DNA of 64,000 bases from Candidatus Multivoradales bacterium (lineage in GTDB: Bacteria; Acidobacteriota; Thermoanaerobaculia; Multivoradales; J023), in contig CBDFLE010000006.1 in NCBI GenBank assembly GCA_965248925.1, positions 2,720,001 through 2,784,000 of the forward strand. The letters run 5' to 3'. Position numbers and translations under genes: made by a program. Within the stretch, counting starts at the first letter, position 1. Every line of letters begins with the position of its first letter. Under the pieces are notes generated by a model. The model saw only the letters and a program-made list of their open reading frames with translations. It was not told the DNA's origin and did no database searches. Positions 39,324 to 47,406 of this stretch are shown here, one piece after another.

Positions 39324-40400
39324 ATGAGCGAAGAAAACATCCCTCAGAGCCCCGTTGCCTCTGTGTTGTCACCGATTGCTTGGCAGGCTGGCCGGCTGAA
39401 GCTCTTGGAACAGACCCTGCTACCCCGCGAGGAGCTGTGGATCGACTGCCCTGAGCCCGAAGACGTGGCCGCGGCGATTCGCCGGTTGGCGGTGCGCGGT
39501 GCGCCGGCGATCGGTGTAGCAGCCGCCTACGGCCTGGCGATCGGACTCGACAAGGTTGCCACCGAGGCCGAGTTGCAGCCCCGTTTCGACGCCGTCTACG
39601 ACCTGCTGCTGAGCACCCGGCCGACAGCGGTCAATCTGCGTTGGGCGCTTGAGCGTGGTCGCCAGGTGTTCGCTGCTCATCGGTCGGCGGGGATCGAGGC
39701 CACCCGCCGGGGGCTGGTCGATTGGGCGCAGGAGGTCCATCGCGGCGATATCGAGACCTGCCAAAGGATCGGCGAGAACGGGGTCAGCCGGTTCAAGCCT
39801 GGCGACCGAGTTCTGACCCACTGCAACGCCGGTTCCCTGGCCACCGGTGGCTACGGCACGGCGGTGGGGGTGATCACCTCCTGCTGGCGCGCCGGCCGAC
39901 TGGCCAAAGTGTGGGTCGACGAAACCCGGCCCCTATTGCAGGGTGCCCGGCTGACCGCCTGGGAACTCGACAAATTGGCGATTCCCTACCATCTGGTGAC
40001 CGACAACAGCGTCGGCGCCTTGATGACCCGTGGCGAAGTCGATCGGGTGGTGGTCGGCAGCGACCGTATCGCCGCCAACGGCGACGTTGCCAACAAGATC
40101 GGTACCTACGTGGTGGCGGTGCTGGCGGCACGGCACGGAGTGCCTTTCTACGTCGCCGCGCCGCTATCGACCATCGACCAGCGCACCCCCACCGGCAGCG
40201 AAATCCCGATCGAGATCCGCGCCGAAGAAGAAGTCACCGACGTCTTCGGCACCCGCATCGCCCCGCCGGGTTCCCGGGCCGTCAACTACGCCTTTGATGT
40301 CACCCCCAACGACCTCGTCGCCGGCATCATCACCGAGGTTGGGGTCTTAGAAGCGCCCTATACGGAGAGCATCGCGCGGGCTTTTGCTGAAACAAGCTGA
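39324..40400 (+). CDS. mtnA: S-methyl-5-thioribose-1-phosphate isomerase
   Basis: VRGAPAIG, RPTAVNL, LTHCNAGSLATGGYGTA, DETRPLLQGARLTAWEL, DRIAANGDVANKIGTY, AFDVTP. Confidence 0.97.
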   Translation: MSEENIPQSPVASVLSPIAWQAGRLKLLEQTLLPREELWIDCPEPEDVAAAIRRLAVRGAPAIGVAAAYGLAIGLDKVATEAELQPRFDAVYDLLLSTRPTAVNLRWALERGRQVFAAHRSAGIEATRRGLVDWAQEVHRGDIETCQRIGENGVSRFKPGDRVLTHCNAGSLATGGYGTAVGVITSCWRAGRLAKVWVDETRPLLQGARLTAWELDKLAIPYHLVTDNSVGALMTRGEVDRVVVGSDRIAANGDVANKIGTYVVAVLAARHGVPFYVAAPLSTIDQRTPTGSEIPIEIRAEEEVTDVFGTRIAPPGSRAVNYAFDVTPNDLVAGIITEVGVLEAPYTESIARAFAETS

Positions 40401-40548
40401 GGCGGATGGCTCAGCAGAGCACGGCGTTAACGAAGTTGCCTTGAGCGGTCTGTCCTTCGGCGCAATCTTTCCGGTCGGATGCAAAAGAGGTCTCTTTAGT
40501 TGGCTCTTGTTTGAGAGTCACTTGGAAGTTGGAAGCTACCCATCCCAG

Positions 40549-41724
40549 TCACTCCGAGTCCTGGTCTCCTGGTCTGATGATCTCGGGTACAGCTGAAGGT
40601 TCGCTGGCCAGGGTGTCGAAATCAGCCTTGGCGAATCTGAACGTCGGGCTGGTGCCGGCGTAGCCGCGCAGCCAGACGAATCGCTGGGTGGTGGCGATTT
40701 GAGTCAAAGTCACGGGCTTTGCCCCCTTGGGCAATCGCAGCTCCAGTCGCCGGGATTCACCGGTCGAAGGATCGAGCAGATCAACCGCGGGCCATTCGGC
40801 CAGCGCCGCGGCATCGATCAGGATCAGCAATCGCTCTCCGGAGTCGTCCCAGGTGATGTCGCGGATCACCGGGGTGTAGCGAGCCGTCAGGCGCTTCCCT
40901 TTGGCCCTCGGCCCCGCCTGCGGCGGCCGCGAGGCATCCGCACCGAAATCTTGCTGGGCTGCGGCCATTGCATCATCTTCTTCCGGGGTGGCCTCGATGT
41001 GCTCTTGCTCTTTGAAGGCCAGCGCCGGGTCGTTGAAGATCGTCTGTGTTTCGAGGTCTCGGTCTAGTTGATAGATCCTGTAGCTCGCCAGCTCTGCGGC
41101 GTAAAGGTGCTGCCCACTCCAGGCAAGTCTCAGTGTCTGGCCGACGGCGGCACTGCCGCTGAGCAGCGGATCCTCTACGATCAGGCCTTTCTCGCTGACT
41201 TCGAGATTGCGATCGAGCACGATTACCCGAGGGATCTCCTCGCCAAATTGCCGCCGGCCGATGAAGGCGCCCGGCTTAGCCGGATGCGGCAGGTTGGTCA
41301 GTGACACAACCCACTCGCGGGTGGAGATCTGAGCGATATCCCCAGGCTGGAAGATCTCCACCTGGCCCTTGGAGACGCCCTTGTCAGTGTAGAGAAAAAC
41401 CCCTTTGTGGCCAGAGAAAGAAAGAGTGCCCCCGCTAGCATCCAACCGGCTAAATCGCGGCACCGGCCGTACCTGGGCCGATAGCTTTTTCGCCTTGCCC
41501 CAGGTGCTACCGCTTTCCAAGTAACGGCGGACTTCCAGGGATGAGGCGTCGAAGAGAATCATTTCTTGGCCCGATGCGGTCATCAGCAGGTCGTCGGAAG
41601 AACTGAGCTCGCCCAAGTCTCGCGGCGCGGCTTCCAGCGTCAAAGCCTCGCCGAAAACGGGTACTCCCACCAGATATAGGAGGCAAGGCAAGCTGAATCG
41701 AAGTAAGCAAAGAAGTGTTCTCAT
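40549..41724 (-). CDS. Hypothetical exported protein, possibly beta-propeller-like
   Basis: ATG 41724 gives a signal peptide (MRTLLCLLRFSLPCLLYLVGVPVFG); short beta-strand repeats (LYAAELASYRIYQLD, IRDITWDDSGERLLIL). The fold is an inference. Confidence 0.65.
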   Translation of the reverse strand: MRTLLCLLRFSLPCLLYLVGVPVFGEALTLEAAPRDLGELSSSDDLLMTASGQEMILFDASSLEVRRYLESGSTWGKAKKLSAQVRPVPRFSRLDASGGTLSFSGHKGVFLYTDKGVSKGQVEIFQPGDIAQISTREWVVSLTNLPHPAKPGAFIGRRQFGEEIPRVIVLDRNLEVSEKGLIVEDPLLSGSAAVGQTLRLAWSGQHLYAAELASYRIYQLDRDLETQTIFNDPALAFKEQEHIEATPEEDDAMAAAQQDFGADASRPPQAGPRAKGKRLTARYTPVIRDITWDDSGERLLILIDAAALAEWPAVDLLDPSTGESRRLELRLPKGAKPVTLTQIATTQRFVWLRGYAGTSPTFRFAKADFDTLASEPSAVPEIIRPGDQDSE

Positions 41725-41740
41725 GGCGCCCAGGTGGCTT

Positions 41741-41938
41741 TCAGCAGCCGGCGTAGTCTGGAATATAACCAAAATCTAGAATCTCGTGATTCTCGTCGTG
41801 GAGCACACAAATCAGGCCACCATCCTAGCAATTGCAAAAATCATGCACCGCAGCAACTGGCTGGGCGATCGCCAGAGTGGCAACGAAGATGGCGGCTAGA
41901 GCATGTAGAAAGCGTTTTCTCAACATTTTCTGGTCCAC
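41741..41938 (-). CDS. Small secreted Cys-containing peptide precursor (37 aa to TAG at 41825-41827; 65 codons if that TAG is ignored)
   Basis: Missed by the ORF track. SD AAGGAG (41947-41952) lies 8 nt before GTG 41938: MDQKMLRKRFLHALAAIFVATLAIAQPVAA|VHDFCNC*DGGLICVLHDENHEILDFGYIPDYAGC*; classic n/h/c signal peptide. Confidence 0.7.
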
Positions 41939-41989
41939 TTTAGTTTCTCCTTGGGTATATAAGCAGTTAGGCGTCGACAATAATCAGAT

Positions 41990-42400
41990 TCAACGACTGG
42001 CGGGTTCAACCACTAAGGTTGGAGGATCACCTTTGACACGCCACTTGCAGTGGGCTGCACTGCAAATAGTGTCGAGAGCTTCGGCAACGGACGTTCGACC
42101 CGTCTCGCCTTTGAAGCTACCAGTAACCGCTGGGTCGACTTCGAGCCGGTCGCCAAAGAAGCCGGTGGCGATGAACCACAGCAGCCAGCGGATGTCATCA
42201 TTGCGGGAACCGAGTTCCACCACTCCAGACAGAGGGTCGCTGGCAGAGTGGTCAGTGGCGGGAGGGCTGGTGTAGCCGAGAGCCGGTTGCTCGGCGGCGG
42301 TCCTGCAACCTGTGGTGACGGCCAAGAAGGCCACGCCAACAAGAAGGGCAAGCAGCGAAAGCCGAAGTAGCTCTTGAAACAAATCAGAGAAGTGAAGCAA
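41990..42400 (-). CDS. Small lipoprotein with a secretin/TonB N-terminal (STN)-like domain
   Basis: SD AGGAGG before TTG; lipobox AVTTGC; LEVDPAVTGSF......VAEALDTIC.....W resembles STN/N0 domains (tentative). Confidence 0.6.
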   Translation of the reverse strand: MLHFSDLFQELLRLSLLALLVGVAFLAVTTGCRTAAEQPALGYTSPPATDHSASDPLSGVVELGSRNDDIRWLLWFIATGFFGDRLEVDPAVTGSFKGETGRTSVAEALDTICSAAHCKWRVKGDPPTLVVEPASR

Positions 42401-42436
42401 CGCAAGACCTCCTGAAATAAATAGCTAGACAGCTTA

Positions 42437-42465
42437 GACGTAACACGGGATATTTTCCCTGTCAA
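42437..42465 (-). promoter_or_regulatory. Sigma70-type promoter candidate (TTGACA-17-TACGTC) with a palindrome in the spacer
   Basis: Perfect -35 at 42460-42465; 17-nt spacer containing GGGA-N5-TCCC; TG extension before a weak -10; upstream of the lipoprotein/peptide genes. Confidence 0.55.
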
Positions 42466-42844
42466 GAGATTTAGGTTAATCGGCCAGCGCCAAGCTTACG
42501 CCGAGAGGGGCGCCAGGCAAGTAGTCCGAGGTTGTGGAGCCGGAACTGTGGCTACTGCCTTTGCTTGCGTCCGACCGGCTCGTCGATGCCGTAGCTGGGC
42601 ACTGTGGCCGGGACCTCGGCCAGCTTTTGCAATGCGCCAACAGAGCGCCAACCGTCGTATTGCACATCCGAAATGTCAATCGACCCGTCCAAATGAACAC
42701 GCAGGCTGCACATCCGCGCGAAGCGGCAAAATCGCCGACCGATGCAACCGAGGGGGACGCCGCAAGTCCAGAAAGGAAGACCAGATCTTCTGTTAGAGTG
42801 TGCCACCAGTAGGGAACGCTATAGGAACTCCGGGGAGGATCACC

Positions 42845-44551
42845 ATGAAGCTCGACCAGCACCACGCCAAACTCGCGGCCGCCGCGGAAGAGAGCTTGCA
42901 GAAGATCCGCGAGGACCAGAAGAAGCTCAACAGCAGGCTCAGGCCGTTACTAGAGTATCTGGAAGAACACCTCTTCCTGCCTGGCCTGGGGGTCGACCAG
43001 CTGCGGCTGAAGTGCGGCATCAAGAGTCGCTCGGTGGGCGCTGAGTTTAGCCATGCGCTGGGGGTACCGCTGAAGACCTACATGGAAGACCGCCGGCTGG
43101 AGACTGCGGTTGAGCTACTGCGCCACAAAGATCTGCGGATCAGAGAAATCAGCGAGCTGATGGGCTGTTATTCGAACGTTTCGGTCTTCAGCCGCGCCTT
43201 CACGCGCTGGAGCAATCTGCATGCGAATACTCTGCGCCAACAGCTACAAGCCAAGTCGCCACTGCCCAGCGTGCCGACCAGCGAGATGCTGACCCGAGGT
43301 TTTTGGTACCCGGCGATGCTGGGCAAATTGGATGCGGAGCAAGAATATCGATTCTGCCGCCATGTCCAGGCGCTCTACCCCAAGAGCCTCAGCCTCGCCA
43401 CCGCGGAGTCGAGTGACGACTCCGCGCCGCGCCCGGAGCGAGTTGACGGGCGCCTGCTCGAGCGCTGTAGGGGCGAAGAGATCTGGCAAGAGATCGCCGA
43501 TCAACCGCTTCAGCAGCAGCGCCAGCGGGTGCTGGGGGTGGAATTCCGTAGCACCGAATTTTTCGACCTCCTGCTGCGCAAGAGCCGCGAGGAAGGCCGC
43601 AAAGACCGCCAACGAGGGGTCGATATCGCTCTCTTGGCCCTCGACACCATCGACGCCAGTTCTGACTTGTTGACCGAGGACCCCGCGGAGCTGCATGCCA
43701 GGGGCTGGGCCTGGGTCGGCAACGCTCGCCGTCTGGCGCTCGATTTACCCGGCGCCGAACAGGCTTTCAACCGGGCAGAAATAGACCTGGCGTCGCGACT
43801 TGGGGGCCGAGCGCTCTTTGCCAAGGCCGAGATCTGGCTCTGCCGGGCCGGTCTCCGCCTCGATCAGCGGCGTTTCGATGAGGCGCTCGAACTGGCCAAT
43901 CTTGCAGTACCGATTCTTGACAAATCAGATGATCAACACCGGCTTGTCGAAGCGAGAGTCTTCCGGGCTCGAATTCGCTGCTATAGCGGTGATTTCGCAG
44001 TAGTTGAAGAAATCGAAGAGCTTCTCTGCCGATTGGCGAATAAGCCGCAAAGGTGGCTCGAGTTTTCCGCGCTTACAGTCCTGGCTTGTGCCCAGGCCCT
44101 GAGTGACCAGCATCAGCTGGCTCACTCCACCGTGGGCCGGGCCAAGAAGGTTGCTAGTGGTCTCTCTAACTTGTCCGCGTTCTCCTTACTGGACTGGATA
44201 GAAGGCCTGATGGCCAGTGCCAAGGAACCGTTGGCCAAGGCTGAGGCCCTTCTGCTCTCGGCCAGAGCAGGATTTCACCGGTCTGACGAAGTCTGGTTTG
44301 GAGTTGGCGTTACACTCGATCTGGCTATCCTCTACGCCAGGCAGGGGCGAAACGCAGAGGTTCTCGGCCTGACCGCCAAAGTTTTTCCGGTTCTCAGAGC
44401 ATTTGGATTCGACCACAAGATCTCCGTAGCCGTCTCTTTATTGGAGAAGGAGATCACCCTGAACCAACCAGCGCTCGAAAGCCTGTTGCAGATCAGGGCG
44501 GTCATTGAGGCAGTTCTCAAGCTACCGCCACTACAGATCGCGGACATCTAG
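42845..44551 (+). CDS. AraC-type HTH regulator fused to a TPR-like helical domain
   Basis: RRLETAVELLRHKDLRIREISELMGCYSNVSVFSRAFTRW is an AraC C-terminal HTH, here at the N-terminus; ARGWAWVGNARRLALDLPGAEQAF and RRFDEALELA helical repeats; SD GGAGG before ATG 42845; TGtTAGAGT at 42791-42799. Confidence 0.85.
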   Translation: MKLDQHHAKLAAAAEESLQKIREDQKKLNSRLRPLLEYLEEHLFLPGLGVDQLRLKCGIKSRSVGAEFSHALGVPLKTYMEDRRLETAVELLRHKDLRIREISELMGCYSNVSVFSRAFTRWSNLHANTLRQQLQAKSPLPSVPTSEMLTRGFWYPAMLGKLDAEQEYRFCRHVQALYPKSLSLATAESSDDSAPRPERVDGRLLERCRGEEIWQEIADQPLQQQRQRVLGVEFRSTEFFDLLLRKSREEGRKDRQRGVDIALLALDTIDASSDLLTEDPAELHARGWAWVGNARRLALDLPGAEQAFNRAEIDLASRLGGRALFAKAEIWLCRAGLRLDQRRFDEALELANLAVPILDKSDDQHRLVEARVFRARIRCYSGDFAVVEEIEELLCRLANKPQRWLEFSALTVLACAQALSDQHQLAHSTVGRAKKVASGLSNLSAFSLLDWIEGLMASAKEPLAKAEALLLSARAGFHRSDEVWFGVGVTLDLAILYARQGRNAEVLGLTAKVFPVLRAFGFDHKISVAVSLLEKEITLNQPALESLLQIRAVIEAVLKLPPLQIADI

Positions 44552-44943
44552 GGCGGCCCTCTCCGAAATCACCCGAGAGGATCAGCGATAGGTAACCAGC
44601 CTGTCGGTGCTGGGTTTCTTACACCCTTCAAAGTCGAATTTCCCATAGCCAACTCCTTCTTCCGGTCGGCGCAAGCCGGCTCGGCATGATCCGGCTGCCC
44701 TCTTGGAGGTGGTGAACCCTAGCGAGAATCCAGCCTCTTGCACATCCGAAGTGCTAACTGACCCTGCCGATAGCACACGAAAAAAGTCAATAGCTGAGTT
44801 CTGGAACTGGTGGGACCCGGGGGACGGGCGAAGCCGGCGAGCATCTTGCTCGCGCGGCGTTTCTGACTTTGGCTGCACCGCAACAGAAAATCTCTACAGC
44901 AAGAACGACCGCCACCTCAGCCGGTCACCCTGTGGAGATCAGC

Positions 44944-45195
44944 GTGCAAGACCCCGAGCTCAACACCACCCCCCAGCCACCGCCCGGCTGGCGCTACTCG
45001 TCTAATGGCCGGGCGACTCTCGACAAGCACTACGCCTTCGCCCACTGGCGTGAGGCGCTGATCTTTGTCGAGTTGGTGCTCTACCTCGGCGAGCTGGCCG
45101 GCTTGCAGCCGGGGATCGTGATCTGCGGCTCGCGGGTGGCGATCAAGCTTGGGGCTGATGAAGTTCAGTTCGCTCGCCTTCTCGACGCGCCTTGA
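44944..45195 (+). CDS. Pterin-4a-carbinolamine dehydratase (PCD/DCoH)-fold-like small protein, catalytic motif degenerate
   Basis: PGW......LDKHYAFAHWREALIFVELVLYLGELAGLQPGI....RVAIKL...VQFARLLD follows the PCD pattern, but HHP is replaced by LQP; GGAG before GTG 44944. Confidence 0.55.
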   Translation: MQDPELNTTPQPPPGWRYSSNGRATLDKHYAFAHWREALIFVELVLYLGELAGLQPGIVICGSRVAIKLGADEVQFARLLDAP

Positions 45196-45241
45196 ATGGG
45201 TGGGCACCAGACTTTGTGGGTGGGTGCCCGCGTCCCTCCCC

Positions 45242-45283
45242 CCTCCGGGCCGGAGATTGCTGTCGCTGGTCCGGAGGCTTTTT
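45242..45283 (+). terminator. Intrinsic terminator-like hairpin between the two PCD-like genes
   Basis: CCTCCGGGCCGG (45242-45253) pairs with CTGGTCCGGAGG (45266-45277) using two G-U pairs, followed by CTTTTT. Confidence 0.65.
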
Positions 45284-45312
45284 CTACCTCTCACCTCAAA
45301 GGCGGGAACACA

Positions 45313-45621
45313 GTGAAACCAGAACGCATTCAACTCGGCCTCAAGAGCCTCGTCCACTGGCGCCAGTCTGCCGCGACGGAGCAGGCCATCGTCCGTCATT
45401 ACCGCTTTGTCGACTCGGCCGCGACCGTCCGCTTCCTGCGCGAAAGCCTGGAGCTGGCGGAGCACCAGCAGCTGCCGATCGAGCTGCACCTGAAGAACGA
45501 CGCGCTGAGTGCGCGGCTGCCCGGCGATTCAGCCTCTGAGCTGACTGAAAGGCACTTTTCTTTGGCCAGAGCGATCGAGAGCAAAGCCCTCGGCGTCACC
45601 TTGGTGATCCGCGGTGAGTAG
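45313..45621 (+). CDS. Second PCD/DCoH-fold-like small protein, catalytic motif degenerate
   Basis: MKPERIQLGLKSLVHW...AIVRHYRFVDSAATVRFL....ELAEHQQLPIEL...ELTERHFSLARAIE; no HHP motif. Confidence 0.6.
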   Translation: MKPERIQLGLKSLVHWRQSAATEQAIVRHYRFVDSAATVRFLRESLELAEHQQLPIELHLKNDALSARLPGDSASELTERHFSLARAIESKALGVTLVIRGE

Positions 45622-46009
45622 CCAGCGGCAGAACGGCCGCTCGCCCGACAGCCTGCCGATAGGCGATCAAGAGCTAAGACGGCTGGTGCATCACTGCACC
45701 GACCGGCTCGTCGACGTTGAGGAGCGTTTGAACGATCCCCGCTTGCACCGGCTCACCGGTGCCAACATCAGCGGATCAATCCGCGCAGTGGACCTGGCGG
45801 CGATCCTGCTGAATGGCCTCTACAAACTCCACATCAAGCCGGTGGCAGCCTTGCTGCAAATGATCGACCTGGCAGTGGATCCCGACAGCGAGGGTTGCGA
45901 GCCAGCCAAAGAGATGCTGCGCGACTGCCTCTTGCGCCCGCTGCCAGCGGCGGCAGCGGAGGCAGCGGGGCTGGGGAAGCTCGGCGGCAACCGGGAAGAA
46001 GACCCATGA
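45614..46009 (+). CDS. Hypothetical protein
   Basis: 131-aa ORF overlapping the previous stop, with GC-typical codon usage; no family recognised. Confidence 0.6.
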   Translation: MSSQRQNGRSPDSLPIGDQELRRLVHHCTDRLVDVEERLNDPRLHRLTGANISGSIRAVDLAAILLNGLYKLHIKPVAALLQMIDLAVDPDSEGCEPAKEMLRDCLLRPLPAAAAEAAGLGKLGGNREEDP

Positions 46010-46088
46010 CCGCCGGTGCCTGCGACCCAGCCGCCGACGCGCTCGCCGACCATCCTGGCGGGTGGGTACCAAATAGCGAGGACATGCT

Positions 46089-46781
46089 GTGAGTGACCCG
46101 CAAGACACCAGTTTCTACTTGATCAAGTTCATGGAAGAGGTCACGGAGAACTTCGAGACGGACGAGTTCGAGAGCTACCCCCAAGAGATCCAGAACAGCC
46201 TGCGGGCTCTGCATCACGGCGTGCTCTCGAAGATGTACCAGGCCAAGGTGCAGGATGCTGAGCTGAGCAGTTTCATCGAGCCTTTTCTGGCGGCGATCGA
46301 GGCCGCGACCAAGAGCCTCGCCGGACCACAGGATCGTACTAACGAGGCCGCCACTTACGAGCCAGCAAAGCCATTCGACGCCCACCCGCTGAAGCTCACC
46401 ATGCCTGATGGCACCCTAGAAGGTGAGGTCTTCTGCCTCTACCTCAACCATCCCTTCCGAGAATCTTGTTTGTCCGAACTCTCACCCGCCCGCTCTGAGC
46501 TGGTGCGCCGCTTCGGCATCCTGATGTACACCGCGCTGGGTGCGCCGGCAATCTCCGGGCACGACCGAGAATGGGAGGTCCGCGGTGGACTGCTCGACAT
46601 CGAGCGCGCATTGCGGGCGTTCGATATGTACTCGGACTATGGCCAGACACCGCTGAGCGGACCACTCAAGGGCTGGTGTAATCGCCTGCAGGTGATTGCC
46701 ACCGAAATGCGCGAGGCTTTCGGCCGGCTGCCCGGCGAGCTGCCGGGCTCGGCTGTTGCCACGGAGAAGGATGATGCATGA
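46089..46781 (+). CDS. Hypothetical protein
   Basis: 230-aa acidic ORF with protein-like composition; no family recognised. Confidence 0.7.
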   Translation: MSDPQDTSFYLIKFMEEVTENFETDEFESYPQEIQNSLRALHHGVLSKMYQAKVQDAELSSFIEPFLAAIEAATKSLAGPQDRTNEAATYEPAKPFDAHPLKLTMPDGTLEGEVFCLYLNHPFRESCLSELSPARSELVRRFGILMYTALGAPAISGHDREWEVRGGLLDIERALRAFDMYSDYGQTPLSGPLKGWCNRLQVIATEMREAFGRLPGELPGSAVATEKDDA

Positions 46782-46992
46782 GAACCCAGAGACCGCTTCG
46801 ACTTCGCCCATGGATGCCGAAGAATTGTCGGTGCCCGAGATCGAACCCCGCGGCGGCTCGCCGCCCGCCCTGCTGGAGCCGTGAGATGGGTGCCAGGCGA
46901 ATAGTCCGAGGGGCTCCCGTGTCGACGCCAAGCCGGCGCCGCGCTCGGCAGATGGGGTCTACGTGGTGGGGGCAAGGCGAAGAGACAGTCTT

Positions 46993-47348
46993 TGGTGGAG
47001 GCGGTGGGAGTCGAACCCACGTCCGAGAAACTCAATCCGGAGGCTTCTACGTGTGTGTCCTCCACATTCTTTTCTCGTCATCGCGCTTAGGTGGGAGGCA
47101 GCCGTCGCGAAGACCAGCCCTGCTAATTGCCCAATCTCGTCGCAGGGCGCTCCGAGATCTTTGGATCCACTACATGTTGCGCTTCCGAAAAACGCCGTGA
47201 ATCAAGGCCTCTATCGGAAACGTCACGGCTTAAGCCGCGAGGGCCATCGGCATGTTGTCGTTGGCAGTTCTAAAAGTTCCAGATAACGGCTGGATGCCGA
47301 CACGCAACCTCGGGACTGCTTGCTCCTCGTCGAAACCGGTGCGCCCCC
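46993..47348 (-). ncRNA. ssrA: tmRNA; tag peptide (A)ANDNMPMALAA*
   Basis: 5' GGGGGCGCACCGGTTTCGAC; 3' GGACGTGGGTTCGACTCCCACCGCCTCCACCA; acceptor stem with G3-U wobble; tag frame 47265..47230 begins after AGAACT and ends ALAA-TAA; 356 nt. Confidence 0.97.
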
Positions 47349-47382
47349 AAAGACTGTCTTCAAAGAACCAAGGCGGTCACTC

Positions 47383-47391
47383 ACTATAACA
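47383..47391 (-). promoter_or_regulatory. Extended -10 promoter candidate for ssrA (TGtTATAGT)
   Basis: Located about 35 nt upstream of the mature tmRNA 5' end. Confidence 0.6.
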
Positions 47392-47406
47392 GAATCTGGG
47401 GGCTGA

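Noticed and set aside
40401-40548. att-site duplication of the ssrA 3' end at the far side of the islet
   Set aside because: No copy of TGGTGGAGGCGG or the T-arm sequence was found by eye between mtnA and the islet.
42552-44878. Minus-strand ORFs 42552..42806 and 44582..44878 as paralogous small proteins (both contain RV...GS...SDVQ)
   Set aside because: Similarity is confined to the 42-bp DNA repeat and most substitutions are non-synonymous, so it is better explained as a non-coding duplicated element.
46993-47030. A tRNA gene suggested by the T-arm/CCA sequence
   Set aside because: The matching 5' acceptor strand is 356 nt away and a tag reading frame lies between, so it is tmRNA.
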